Origin: Lytechinus pictus
Taxonomy: Eukaryota
DNA length: 64,000 nt
Assembly (NCBI RefSeq): GCF_037042905.1
Contig: NC_087255.1
Location: 22,010,001-22,074,000 of the forward strand
Direction of reading: 5' to 3'
The notes beneath the pieces were generated by a model, which worked only from the letters and a program-made list of their open reading frames with translations, had not been told where the DNA came from and ran no database searches. The translations under genes and the position numbers were made by a program. Shown here piece after piece: positions 1-15,100 of this stretch. The first letter of the stretch is position 1. The number at the start of each line of letters is the position of its first letter.

Positions 1-159
1 CATTTCTCACCAAACATACGAGGGTGTCTTCTGCATTTGAGACAAACACCCTGGAAAGATTGTCATTCGGAAAACCGTTTCGGAGTTAAGTTCGAGATCT
101 TTTAGAAACTTAAGATTTCAGCAGACTGATTGAACCTACCTTTTCAAAACAACAGCAAC

Positions 160-3100
160 ATGGCAGACACGGAAATGGGGGTAAAAGATGCAGGAGATGC
201 GAAATCTGAGAAAACATTCTGTCAGAAGTTAACAGAATTTCTCTTCAAGAACCTCCTCCTTATTCTCATGATCCTGTCCCTAATTCTTGGATGCTGTGTT
301 GGTTTTGGGATCAAGCTCGGATCTGATCGCGATTTCACTTCGGACGAGATCAAATATATCAGCTTTCCAGGGACAATCTTTCTCAACATGCTCAAGGTAT
401 GGAATGACAATTTCATTTTATTTCTGCCCTACCTGTATTCACTCGCTTCGTTCGCTCGTAGCCTTTAAGAAATTTTGCCCCATACGCCATGTCTGGTCCC
501 TCTATTTTTTCTTTGCCTCATTACGCTACTGTACCCATCAATGAGGAAGTTCAAATTGAATCAATTGATCAAAGTGATCAGTGCGGTTGCGATACAACTC
601 ACAAAATGCAATTTATGAATACAATTTATCATTTTTATTGCGATACGATATGAGTCGAGAAATGGAGGATGTACAGCGGCACCTGTTCTTTTAAAGGGTG
701 CGTTAAGCACGTTTAGAGAGACGATGTATGTTTTTCTATGTATAATGAAGAAACGAAAGAACAAATAATTTCTTGAAAAGGCTATTTAAAAAAAACAGGG
801 GATATACTTTACAGAAAGAGGACACAAGGAGCTGCACTAAAAAACAAATCAGTCAAAAATGACTAGTTCATAGGGTCAGCTGGGTGCAACTGTTATTCTA
901 GTCATATTTGACTATTATCTAGTCGTATTTTACTAGAACATGGTTATTTCTGACTAGAATATATGTCAGAAATGTGACTAACAGTGATTGCCATATCAGT
1001 TGCACCCAGCTGACTACTGGTCTAGTCAATTTGACTAATTTGTTTTAAGAGTGCGGGGACTCTTTGGGGTGTAGAGAAGGGAAAATGTAGGCTTATCATT
1101 CTTTTGGGTTCACTAAACTATTTTCAGATAGTTGTATTTCAGTCTTTAGAACCTGAGATTTTATTTCCATTTCAAACAACTAAAGATTATACTAAGATTG
1201 ACATAATGGCCCGTATTCTGAAGTCGGGTTTAACTTAAACTCAGGTTTAAAGTGGTGGTTTAAGTATGGAGAGCCAATTGTTACATAAATCACTAACAGA
1301 AGGGATATAATATTTCAGCTCATTTGGCTCTCAATTAAATCATTCATTATTGTCTATAGGAAGTATATATAGATTATTGTCTTCACCATCGATGAATCCG
1401 GAAAGAGCACAGCAAACATAAGAAACGTACAACTTAATAAAAAAAATTGATACTTTTGGCTGTCCATACTTAAACCACAACTTTAAACCTGAGTTTAACT
1501 TAAACCTGACTTCAGAATACGGGCCAATGTATTTTCTTCTAAGGTGATGATCATCCCCCTGGTCGTCACCAGTTTGATCGCCGGTATGGCGTCGCTTGAC
1601 AGGCAAGCCTCGGGCAAGCTGGGTCTCCGAGCTGTCCTCTACTATTTCACGACCACTTTTATCGCAGTCATCCTCGGGATCATCCTCGTGATGACCATTC
1701 AACCAGGCGCTCGAGGAAGCAAGGACGACATCGACTCCTCAGGCGACGTCGAAAGTGTCAACACGGCTGATGCCTTCCTCGATCTCCTGCGGTAAGTTAA
1801 AACATCCCAAAGTCCAATCCTCGCGACTTCATCAAGTCAAGCTCAAACGAAGTATTTAATGCCTAAAACTATTCTTTCAAACGTTGTTTAATCCGATAGT
1901 TTTAAACATCTTCCTAATGTTATGAATGATTGCATTTTACTTTTGCTAATGCAAAAGATACTTCTTAAAGGTTGTCTGTCGAAAGATTAGCCATTCTTTT
2001 ACAATAGTGTGTTTTCTTGAATGTCTTCATACTAGGTGAGAGAGAGAAAAAAAAAAATCAGATTTCATGAACCCTTAATCGTTTTCTTTAAATGAAATTT
2101 ATACGGGGTCCCCTACAAAAATGGGATGGGATCTATCAAATATTGTTGTATTACTTTCCCCGATCACCAACTCCCCTGTTATATAAGCCATTTGAAACAG
2201 ACCTCATGTAAATATATATTATAAAAATAGAAGGTTATTATTGTATGTTTGCTTATATTATCAAAATAATTATAGTCAGTAATGATCAGTTAGTCCATTC
2301 ATATCCGTTTCGATTTCTTTCAACGTTGTAAATATTATTGTTCATGGCACTAGTGCTATCAATGCCAGACTATAAAGTAATACAAAAGTGAAACCAATAC
2401 TTGAGAAAAAAAGACAATTTCTTTTATAATGAGAATACTTTAAAATCATTTCTAGATTAACCGGATCTGCATTATTTACAGGAAGTTGGAAGGTGATTAG
2501 GAAATCCGAATAATTATTTGAGGAAAAATCTTTATAATCCCTAAATTATTTCAAGGCAATTTCCTAATTCCGTTCTCTCCAAGAACAAGCATGCAATATC
2601 AATACACTTTGTGTTCATATTTTTCTATTTCTTTGTTGTTTATTGCTAAAGGTCATGTTTGTGTACTTTATGTGCATTTATGTTTGCAATTGTTTATGAT
2701 GCTGATTTGTTGCAATATTACATAAGAGTATGTGAAGGTCATGTATCATTAAGTTATTTTCATGTTGAATTGACATGTACTCTTGTATATATTTTGATAT
2801 TTTGTGATATTTTGTTTGTGTTTTTCAATCATTTAACTGTATGAAACTGAAGAAGATGGAATAAAAAAATGGAATAAGGAAGTAAGTAAATGGTGTAAAA
2901 AAAGACGGAATTTTTCTTTGCACTCATCTGGGTGGGCAAAATTATCAGTATATTTGCGACACCACATGGCATATGGTTTGCTTAAATATATATATATTGT
3001 ATATATATATATATTTAAGGTTATTATTGTATGTTTGCTTATATTATCAAAATAATTATAGTCAGTAATGATCAGTTAGTCCATTCATATCCGTTTCGAT

Positions 3101-6100
3101 TTCTTTCAACCCCCCCCCCATTTTTTTCAAAAGCCGTGTACAAAAACGTTTAAAAAAATGACCATATAATTGTGATTTTTTGCATGGTCAGCCCCCCCCC
3201 CCCATTTTGAAAACCGTTCCGCGGCCCCTGTAAAAAATTACTAATCAAAAGAGGAAAATTCTTTGGTATATTATTGAACTCAAGGTCTATCGTTTTACGA
3301 CGTCGAATAATAAAATATCTGTTTTGTAAATATTTCTCTTGGAGTCATTGCGGAATAAATCCGATTATTATACGGGGCCGGGATCAGCAATAAATAGGCC
3401 AATTTATTAACAATATTATGATACACAGGTCTGGAAGATTGAATGCATGAATGGAAAATTTCAGTATTGTCCAAAATGAGTTATATGGTGTCTGTTGATG
3501 CTTCATTTACAATATGAGCATGAAAAAACAAATTTAAAATCATCCCAAAAGTGCCCTATAAAAGGACTCTGAAATATGAGGCAGTGATTCTGGGGACGTC
3601 GGAGTGGGATGGGTAGGGGATGAGTTTGGTAGAAAATTATATTTACGATATTGGTTATTGCAGTCCCCTTCCACGCTGGTAAACGTAAATCTTGAATCCG
3701 GGGGATTCTTATTAATAAAAGGGCCATTTTCCAATGAAATGGGACAAATCTCAGAGATAAATATCATTGACGGACATTAATATGATTAAAATGGGCACTT
3801 TTCACATTACCATTTTATCATGTTTTTTATACACCAGGACCAAGATGCAAAACAGTAATTTTATCTCTGATCTTGTGAACCTGTTTGAATATGTGTGAAT
3901 AAATTGTATTGATTCAAAAGAAAATGAAAAGTAAATAGATTGTAAAATATACATGTATGATTCTAGCTTGGTTGACCATGGATGGAACATGGGGCTTCAC
4001 TTGTTTGTACTCCTGGGGGGGGGGGGGCGTTTCATCAACATTTTTGTCCGACAAGTTGTCTGATCTGACATCTTTCCTTGATTTTGATTGGCTGAGAAGC
4101 ACTGTAACTATGGTAACTGTCGGATAAAACGTCTGACATGTCCTTTCATGAAATGTTCCCCTGGTTATGCACTGTGTCAATGCTCTTTTAATGATGGGTC
4201 TTTATAGATCGTTGCTGATAATTCATGATCTATACAAATACGTTTATGAGAAGAAGGTGATGTTTTTATGGTACGATTAAAATCAAGCATAAAAGATAGA
4301 TATAGGCCTAACACAATATGTTTCAGCCAAGGTAAACCGTATTTCTAGAGATGTAAATGTGTTTGGTTTTTTTGCTTTTTTTTTACAATATAACTCAAAC
4401 ACGATCGGATGATGGTGACCAGGGCCCCGTCTTACAAAGAATTACGATTGATCCGATCAATCGTAACTCTATGGAAATCCATCAGTGTCATAATTTTTTT
4501 CTACGAAAAATTTGCACAATGTCCTTTGTATGCAAAGAGAAGCACAGTGAATTTTCAAGAAAACAATGAATGCATGAATATACATCACAGCTTGAAAATA
4601 TTTTGAACAAACATGCGTAATAGATGTTGACGTTGCTGGCCGTCCATAGTTGCGATTGAACGGATCAATCGTAACTCGTTGTAAGACGGGGTCCAGGGGT
4701 GGATGCAAGGGCTTGCATCGGGGTCTCGATTCCCCCTTAAAAGATAATAATAAATAAATAAAACAAAACAATTGCTTCTATTGTGGTAACCTTTGAACTC
4801 TTTTTTTTTTATTCTTTTTTTTTTTTTGGGGGGGGGGGCTAAATTTTGCATATTACCTCCTCACTCCGCACTTCGACCCGGCTCCTCTCCCCGATGGTAA
4901 AAAACACGAGTTTTCCTGTCTCACCCATTGACTGCATCTGCAATGTGTTGGCGGCAAACAGGTAGAAAATTGAATTACAAATACAGTAAGAACTGCGGCT
5001 GTGTTTGCTATAATGACGGAAGAACAAACATTAAAATCAAAAGTATAATCCATACTGAAAGATTAAGGATGAATTTCTTCCCTTTTATCACGATGTTTGG
5101 TTAAGCAGATCTCTCTACCTACACCTTCGTACATCACAAAGGAACCTCAAACCCGGATTGTAGGAGAATCAAATATTTAGTTAATTTTACAAACATTTGA
5201 AGAGAGGACCACACCCACTCTTTATAAACATCTTTCACTCCTTGTTCAAATCATCTTAGTTTCGAAAAGTTTGGAAAACGGTAATATTTGCGGTCTCTAC
5301 ACAGTAACAATGCTGTTTAGAATTCTATCCAACGTTGTTTATTATATGGACCTTGCAGTAATTGTTTAAGGCCCGTATTTTGAAGTCGGGTTTAACTTAA
5401 ACTCAGGTTTAAAGTTGTGGTTTAAGTATGGATAGCCAATTGTTACATAAATCACTAACAGTAGAGATATCATATTTCAGCTCATTTGGCTCTCAAATCA
5501 TTCATAATTGTCTAGGAAGTATAAATAATATGATTGTCTTCACCATTGAAGAATCAGGAAAGAGCACAGTAAATATAAAAAACATACAAATGGCTCGTAT
5601 TCTGAAGTCAGGTTTAATTTAGACCATGATGTAATTCATGAAGAGAATACGAAGCACTTAATTTGCCTTGTGAAATAATGTGAGCGCACAAGTGCGAGCT
5701 GAAAATGTTTGATAATCAGTACTTTTTTGTAAGCATGAACATAATGAAAATCTTTCTCAAACAAAAGAATGAAAACTCGAATCGCGAGCAAAATTATTTG
5801 TGTATATTTACTTTAAAATGTGATATTTAAAGCTCCATGTAGTTCTCTTGAAAGGATTATCTCCATGAAAAGGGAATGCGAGCGCGAAGCGCGAGCGAAA
5901 CTTCTATATTTATATAATGATTTTTATTTTTTTTATTTTCCAATTATTCCTCTCCCCTTATTTCATTCACATTTCTTTTTTTTCTTATCTTGCTCCAATA
6001 TATATAAGTGGGAAATGAGGGGGTTTGAAGAGAAAAATGAGGAAATCCGAGCTGTGCTGCACCATCCCGAGTTTGCTCAATCTCGAGATTTTAGCCCGAT

Positions 6101-9100
6101 CGGCCCACTTCGCGATTAATCTCGAGATTCAAGAAACCCCGTTAGACGGGTCAATATACGACCAAAAATAGCCTTACCCGGAACAAATTGCAACAAATGA
6201 TTTTTCAACGGTATTTTGTACTATTTGACCTCAGGAATAACATACTAAAAATCTACCAAAATCCGCATCCGGGAAAGTGGTTATTTTCAAGATGGCGTCC
6301 AAAATGGCCGCCATTCACTGAAAATGGATACAACTGACACATTATCCACCCTAGAATACTATTTCGGTTCATATTCCATGGTCTGGGGTACAAACATTGA
6401 TTTAGGCTAGGATGCATTATGAGCCCTCCAGTGTACCAGGCAAATCCAAGATGGCGCCCAAAATGGCTGCCGTAGGCTGAAAATCCACAATTAATCTAAA
6501 TTAGTTTTTTATTTAATGCTTTTAAAGGTGAAATAGTACATTGAAACAAGTTACAAGGACAGCCAGTGGTCGAGTGTGTCCAAAAATCCAAGAAGGCTTC
6601 CAAAAAATGAGTTTAAAATGGCTGTTGATAATTAAAATGGACATAGTTCATTTTATATCCGCCTGGGACATAATGATTTTGGTGTCTAGACCATGATTTC
6701 AATGGTCAAATAAGACATTGGGATAAGTTACAAGGACAGTCAGTGGAGTAGTATGTTCAAAAATCCAAGATGGCTTCCAAAAATGGAGTCGAAAATTGCT
6801 GTTGCTACTTAAAAAAACCCGACATAGTTTGCTCAATGTCCAGAAATATGATTTTTGTGTCTATACCATGGTTAAATGGGTCAAATAATACATTGGGGCA
6901 AGTTACAAGGAAAGTCAGTGGTCTGGTATGTGCAAAAATCCTAGATGGATTCTAAAAATTGATTCTGAAACGGCTGCTAATACTTAAAGCGGACAAAGCT
7001 CATTTCATTTTGGCCTGGATATGTGATTTTGATGTATAAACCACTGGTTTCAAGGGTCAAATAATATATTAGGATAAGTTACAAGGACAGTCAATGCTAT
7101 GGTATGTCCAAAAATCGAAGATGGCGTCCAAAAAATGGTATTAGAAATATGCTGCTGATACTTAAAGCGGATCAAGCTCCTTTCATATCGGCCTGGAAAT
7201 GTGATTTTGGTGTCTAAACCACTAGTTTCAAGGATCAATTAATACGTTAGGGCAAGTTACAAGGAAAGTCAGTGGCCTGGTCGGTCAAAAAATCTAAGTT
7301 GGCTTCCAAAAATTGATTCTAAATTGACTGCTGCTACTTAAAGCGGACATAGCTTATTTCATATCGGCATGGGAGATGCAATTTTGGTATCTAAACCACT
7401 GGTTTAAGGGCCAAAATAATACATTAAGACATGTTTTAAGGCCAGTCAGTGGTCTGGTATGACCAAAAATCCAATATGGCTTCCAAAACTTGATTCTTAA
7501 ATGGCTGTTGATACTTTAAAGTGGCATAGCTCATTTTCAATCCGCTGTGAGATATGATTTCGGTGTCTAAACTATGGTTTCAAGGGTCAAATTATATAAA
7601 TGGACAATACAATGGCAGTCAGTGGTCTAGTATGTCAAAAATTACAAGATGGCTTCCAAAAATGGAGTAAAAATATGTCTGATGTTACTTATAAAAGGAC
7701 ATAGTTTGTTTAATATCTGTCTGGGGAATATGAGTTTGGTGTTAAAAGCATTGTTTAGAAGGGTCAAGTAATACACTAGGGTAAGTTACAAGACCAGTCA
7801 GTTGTCTGTTTAAAAAAAAATCCAAGATTACTTCCAAAAAATGGGGTGTAAATTGACTGTTGCTACTTAAAAGTATGCATAGTTTATTATAAATACACCT
7901 TGGAGGTATGATTTTGCTGTCTATACTAGAGTTTACAGGGTCAAGCAATACCTTGGGTTAAGTTGAAAGGACAGTCAGGTGTCAGGTATGTCCAAAAATC
8001 AAAGATGGATTTAAAAATAGGGGTCTTAAATGACTGCTGTTACTTAAAAGTGGATGTAGAACATTATAAATACACCATGGGGATATTATTTTGGTGTCTA
8101 CACTAGGGTTTCAAGGGCCAAACAATACTTTGGGACTGGTTACCATGATATGCAGCTATCCATTTTGCCTTAAAATCCAAGTTGGCTTAAAAAATGGGTT
8201 CTAAAGTGACTACTGTTACATAAAATATCTACCTGTTAGAAATAATCTTGGTGCCTACACTTAAATGCATGGGGACAAGTTATCATATTGTTTAATGAGT
8301 TGGTAACAGCACCCATTTTGATGAAATTTTAGAATCCATCATGGATTATTTGACAAAATGGAGTACTAACCATCCTGTTTACTTGTCTGAATGTATCATT
8401 TGACCCTTCATACCACAATTTGGACACCAACATTATTTCTTGCAGATGAATATTGTAGAACTCTGACCACTATTGAATGATATGAGTCGTTTTAGATTCC
8501 TTTAAAAACCCTCTTGTGTTTTAGGTGAACTGGACAACTGCATATCAATGTAACCAGTCCAAACGTATTATTTTAACCATGAAACCATAGTGTGGACACC
8601 GAAATCATATCTCCTAGGTGGATTTTAAATGAACTATGTCCATTTTAAAAGTAACAGCAGTCATTTAGACTCCGATTTTTGGAAGCCATCTTGTATTTTC
8701 GACATACTGGACCACTGACTGTCCTTGTAACTAATTTTCTGCCTTTTGAAACCATGATATAGGCAACAAAATCATATGCCCTTGACGAATAAAACATGAA
8801 CTATGTCCATTTTTAAATACCATCGCGGCTAATTGATACTATTTTTTAAGCCACCGTGGACTTTTGGACATACTTGACCACCAATCGTTCTTGTAACTTA
8901 TCCCAATTTATTATTTGACCCATTCAACCATGGTATAGGCACAAAAAATCATATTCCCGAATATTGAACAAACTTTGTTGGTTTTTTTTTAAGTAGCAAC
9001 AGCATTTTTTACTCCATTTTTGGAAGCCATCTTGGATTTTTGAACATACTGGACCACTGACTGTCCTTGTAACTTGTCCCAATGTATTATTTGACAATTG

Positions 9101-12100
9101 AAACCATGGTCTAGACACCAAAATCATATCTCTCAGGTTGATGTGATATGAGCTATGTCCATTTTAAGGATTAACAGCCATTTTAAACTCAATTTTTGGA
9201 AGCCATCTTGAATTTTTGGACACACCAGACCACTGGCTGTCCTTGTAACTTGTCCCGACGTACTACTTCATCATTAAAACAATCGGATGGAAACCAAATT
9301 AAAGCCACTTAAGTAAGTAATAGATGAATTGTGGAGTTTTTAGACTACGGCATCCATTTTGGGCGCCATCTTGGATTTTCCTGGTACCCTGGAGTGCTAA
9401 TATTCACTCTAACTTGTATAAATAAATTATTTTACCCATTGGACCATGGAATATGAACCCAAATATGATTCTAGGGTGGATAATGAGTGAGTTATATCAA
9501 TTTTTAGTGAATGGCGGCCATCTTGGATGACATCTTAAAAATAACCACTTTCCCGGATGCGGATTTTGGTAGATTTTTAGTATGTTATTCCTGAGGTCAA
9601 ATAGTACAAAATACCGTTGAAAAATCATTTGTTGCAATTTGTTCCGGGTCAAACCATATATTGACCCGTCTACGTCTCCACCATCGCAAGAAGAGCGATT
9701 CCTGCTCGAGCGAGGCAACAAGCCCGATGTTACGAGCATGCGCACTTTCGGATCTTGGAGTTTCAACGGCCCGCGCTTTTGAATAACTTCCCGCGAGTAC
9801 TCCTTTCACTAGCACTTTCGCCGAATTCGACCGGTGTTATGCAACAATCCTCTCAGCTCAGCGAGTGAAGAAGTGATGTATTCTTCGTTAAATATGATGG
9901 CGGAGTAGGAGGCAACGACAGAGAGAGAGAGAGAGGGAGAGAAGGAGGAAAGAAATGCTATTTGCTCACATTTTGCGAAGGAATAAAACAACACTGCTGT
10001 CAGTGTTGTTATTGAATATGACCATCGTCGATGAGCGCCTCCCCCTTCGGTCTGGTCTCTCCCAAAATCCATTCACTGGTGGGACACCATCGTTGCTTAT
10101 TAGGCAATTGATGAACGCTATTCGCATGTATAAAGTTGACTTTCGCACGTGTTTATGTTTTGACCAAGGCGGAAGTGGAACGCGAATTGCATTATGGACT
10201 GACGTCATGAATAAATTACCCCGAGTCCAATCTCGAGTGCGTCTGCACCGACGAATTAGCGGGATAATTCGTAAAATAGCGCGCTATTTTGCAAATAAAC
10301 CCGAGTTGACTTGGGATTGCAATCTCGAGATTAATCCTACGAACTAGCGCGATAATTGCGTCTCCACCGCCAACTATCTCGAGATTTTTCAGATCGGGAT
10401 AATTTGCCGGATCAGAAATAGCGCGCTAATTTGAAAACTCGGGATGGTGCAGACGGCCCTTCTAGAGTGAGTTTGAAAATTTCCGCGTATTTTCAGATTC
10501 AAATCTATTTCCTTCAATATTTTGTATTTCCAGTCTTTTCACCCCTATAAGTATATTCGTAATTTTCCTTACAACATTGCATTATGAAGGGTGAAAATTC
10601 CCGAAAAAGACATAGCCATGGGAAGCGTGGGAGTAGAATCATCGATTTTTATGAAAATGTTTTCTTTCTCTCTTTCATTTTTAGAGATGTGCCCCCGCTC
10701 CTCCTTCCGCTTCCACCGCTTTTGTTAACAGGTCCGTTTGCAGACCGGTATATTAAATATTTCACCTCGCGCTTCGCGCTCAGAAGGATAGTTGAATCGT
10801 TCATGATTTCAAAAGCTGCCCAAATTTGCCCAATTTTCTGGTCTAAATATATGAAATATCCAAAAGTTGGAACTCGCACTTCGTGATAGCATGATATTTT
10901 TCAAGGGATAACCGTTATCATGTTTGTAAGAATGAAGCTAAGGCGTACTTAAGGCTTCAGTCTTTTAGTCAGGATTAACCCCTAAAAAACAAACAAACAA
11001 ACAACTAAAATCAGATTTTGGCGGCCTATCGGGGGAAAATCAGAATGAAAAAAGTTCCGCCTACATGAAAACTGGATCTGCATGCCCCTGGGTATGACGA
11101 AAGAAAATATAACTGAGGTGAATGAGGAACATGCACTAATACCTTGCATGACTCATGGTTATCGGACGTAAATAATCGGTACCGATTTCTTTCGGTAATC
11201 AGGACCTCCAACTCCCCCACCCCCTCCTGGAAATGGCGCCCATCTACAACCCGAATTTCACCCAATCTCGCCAAAAGTTTAACGTAAAATTTTCCGAAAC
11301 TTAAAGAAATTGCTGGATATTATCAGGGGATTTTATATACGCCTGTATGCAGAACTAACCCGTTGGATATCAAACACACTATGCCAAAATGTATTGTTCT
11401 TTTAAATAAAAATGAATGACATAACTGCTGACATTACTGAAAAGATTACATTGTTTGATCTAATGATAGTATTGCCAATACTGCATGCAGGATAGTCATT
11501 CCAATATGGTAGTGTGTCTTTCCAATTTTTTGCTAACATAGCTGAAAAGGTTTAAACTTGGTTATATATTATTTCCTGATATTTCCTCTAATACAAACAT
11601 GTTGATTGTAAATTTTGTTTGTCCATATTCATTCTCACTCCAACATGAGTAAACACCTGTCATGTTTTCAGTAATGTTATCAATGAAAAGAGCATGGTTG
11701 GGAAGAATAGATACCCCTTCTGGAAAGGTGTCTTCCATAGAGAGAGGTTGCCGCCCACGATATGTCACTGACTAGTGAATTAAGTAGGATGTGACAAATC
11801 ACAGTTTTAACTTTTTAAACAACTTTTCTTTAATTGTTTAAACAGTTTAAACAATAGTTGTTACAGTGATGGGCTTAAACAACGTACTTAAAATATTAAA
11901 CAGCGTTTTTACAGTGTTGGGCGAGGTAGCTCGATCATTGTTTCACCAATAAATGAAATTAGAGTGTGATCCAGTCCCGAGCACCTCTGTAGTCACATGT
12001 CCAAAATATATGCAACAAATTTAACAACTTTGATAAGTTTTAGGCCAGGAATAGTTCTTTTAAATACAAAGAGAAAAGAGGTAAAATTCGAAAAAAAAAT

Positions 12101-15100
12101 ATCTACACACTGTTTCTCCATTTGAAAAAAAATTAATGATTTTGTTGTACCTTTTTTATCCATTAACAGAATGATGTTCCCGCCAAATATCATCGAGGCA
12201 ACATTCAGGACTGTAAGTCAATAATCAATCAATCAACCGATCGATTGAATTGATTGTTTGATTGTTTGATTCACATTCATTTCTTCATTCACTCATTGCG
12301 TTTTTATGCAATTTTGTTTATTTAAATCTTTTGTTTATTCTGTTAATTTATTCCCTTCATTTCTCTATTCGTTCAGTTATTTTTATTTTCAACTGCATTA
12401 TATTTACCTACATTTCTTTAGGTCAATAATATAGTGGAAAAAATTATCACGTACTCTCGATAAAGTGTGATTAATTGGTATGCTTAATTGTCTTGTTTAA
12501 AATGGTCGCTCGCATTTCTGCTTACTTCTTTGCTTATGATTACTACTTTTTTGTGTGGAGATTTTATGAATAAAAAAAAGAAATGAATATAATAAACCTC
12601 TATGAATCAATTTGTCTATGGCGAGACCTCACTACTAAAAACGCTAATAATTTGATACAAGTCAACTCAAGGTAGCAAATATTGACTCAGTGTCATTTGA
12701 TCAGTTTCCATTTTTCTTTCTTCTTTGTAGGTCAGATTTCCCTTGACTTTGCCTATCATTTTTAAAACAAATATTTCGGGGGGGGGCGGGTGCTCAGTGC
12801 AGTAATGAGCCAAACATTTTGAGGGGGCAGATATGGATATATGGTGGATGGAGCAAAAGTTCTAGAATGATGAAAGTGCGAGGGAGCAATATTTTGTTAA
12901 CCAAAATATTATTTTTTGATAGATTTCGACATAATATCCAGAAATCAATATAATATGTCACTTTTTCCCTTTCCATCTATTCTCATTTTTTTTAGACGGG
13001 GGAAACTTTTTAGGGGCCATGGCCCCCAACCCCCCCCCCCCCCACACCATATGTGCGCCAGTGGGTTACCCATTAAAAAATCGTAACAATATTGCAATAG
13101 ATATAATTAATAATGCTTGAATTAATTTTCATATATCTTTATCTACCCGTCTATTTGAATGAATGACACAACAAGCCCATGAGCGCAAATATAACTTTGA
13201 ATTTGACGTGTCTAAGCGGCTGGAATATATACATGTAACTACGATATGACATGTAAATCCAAAATATCTGAATCAATAAATGGCAAAGAAATACATCGGA
13301 TATGAATTTGATCCGAGTTAATGGCATGGATCATATTCCATAAAATAGTAATCCAAAAAGGAGCAAGATAGTATTATGTCCATGCAAGTTAAGGGCAAAT
13401 AAGAGTACATGTGTCCTGGGTATTTGCTAATCCAATTATAAGTTGATTGATTATCTGCTAGGTTGTTGATTGGGAAGTTCATCCTGACGAAAGTTTCTAC
13501 AAAAAAATACCGGAAAAGGTTTGAGGAAAATCCATTAAAAATTAACAAAATTATCAGGATCATGTTTTTTTTATTTGTGACGTCATATACGAGCAGATGC
13601 CCAATATGTTATGTATTGTAAAATACATAGATTTCATATTTTTAGTAGTTCATGACGACTATTTTTTTTTACTTTCAAGAGCGGTATTTTGTTTCTGTTG
13701 ATACACTTGAAGGTACAATAAAACCTATTTTCAATTTTGAAAAGAAAATTACATTTCATTGATGTTTTTTATTCACGATACATTGGAAGCTGTTTGCAGA
13801 TGACGTCACAGATAAACAAATTGAAATTCTATTAACTTTTAAAATCTTTGATGGATTTTCTCAAACCTTCATCAATAGGCCTGTATTTTATATTTTTGGA
13901 GGGGTAATGTTTGCGATAAAATTTAGTTATGGAGAACTTCCTCCCATTTTACTCAATGCCAATTTTTGTGCTCTACGTAAACAAGAATCAACAAGTTATA
14001 AGAGTGAAAAGGTGAAGTAAAGGAAGAAAAAAGAAGAAGGAAGAGGGAAATAAAAAAAAGAATATCAAGAAAATGCAACATGAAAATAACGAAAAGTACA
14101 AGAAGAAAAGGGAAATAGAACAAAGAAATTACATAAGAAGGGCAAATAAAAGCGAAAGAAAATACTGGATGATAATTGAAACAAAAGAGAAAAGAAAAAT
14201 AGGAAAAGGGTACATTAAAGGAAGAAAATAATACTTCGATTTTAAGAAAATTAACAATGTATTCATGATAGTATTGCTTCCCTCCTAATTTTAACTTTGT
14301 CAGTTCTTATCTAACAGCTGGCAGTTCTTGAAATAACTACAATTATGATTAATATCGCTAATAATGCTTTATATTTTAGTTTAGATATATATGTTTTAAT
14401 ACCCTGAATCTATTTTGAGATGATGAAATTGTGACATGTTCGATCGAATTATGATGAAGTATCAACATTTAGAATCAACTATTAAAGTATGTCCCTATGT
14501 AAAAGAATGAATAGAACAAAATGATTTGTACAAAGACGTTAGACTTTATCGATACTCCACAGGAAACGTGTGTTACAAGACAATTAAATATGAGTAATTT
14601 TGAGTAAATAATGAGTAATTAATTAGTAGCGGACATGTCTTTAATTAACCCGGTAAAAACCTACCACATTATTTCTAGCAAGAAAAAGACAAACTGATTA
14701 AAATATCGGGGAAACTCGCGATTGAATTATTTTGGCGAACAGGTTTGCTCAGAAACGATTATGACAGGAAATGTGTGTTTTAAACCGAATCTACTTTTAG
14801 CTGTTTTTAGCTCATGGCCCTGGGAAGGTTTTTCAAGATTTTTCTTGGCGTAGTAGTACGTGTGTTATACGCCATAGGGAATCAGGTTGATATGCTAAAT
14901 TGCAGTTTTGTCCAGAATCACCTCCTTTTCAAATTACGTTCAATTCCAAATCAAACTTTTAAGTCTCCAAATTGCGCGTTATTGGCTGCTGTAGGATGGT
15001 GGGAGGTTTTTTTCAAGGGCAAATACACAATTTTATTATAAATCTCATTCTATTTTATTTCATGTTTTGAGGGGGAGGGGTAACAGCTCTCCGAAACCCC

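Noticed and set aside
6500-9300. Regularly spaced repeats suggesting a CRISPR array
   Set aside because: The whole ~177-bp units are homologous with no unique spacers, the context is eukaryotic, and there are no cas genes.
9809-10347. GC-richer ORFs (87-130 aa) in the outer TIR element
   Set aside because: No recognisable motifs or splice structure; they overlap repeat sequence.
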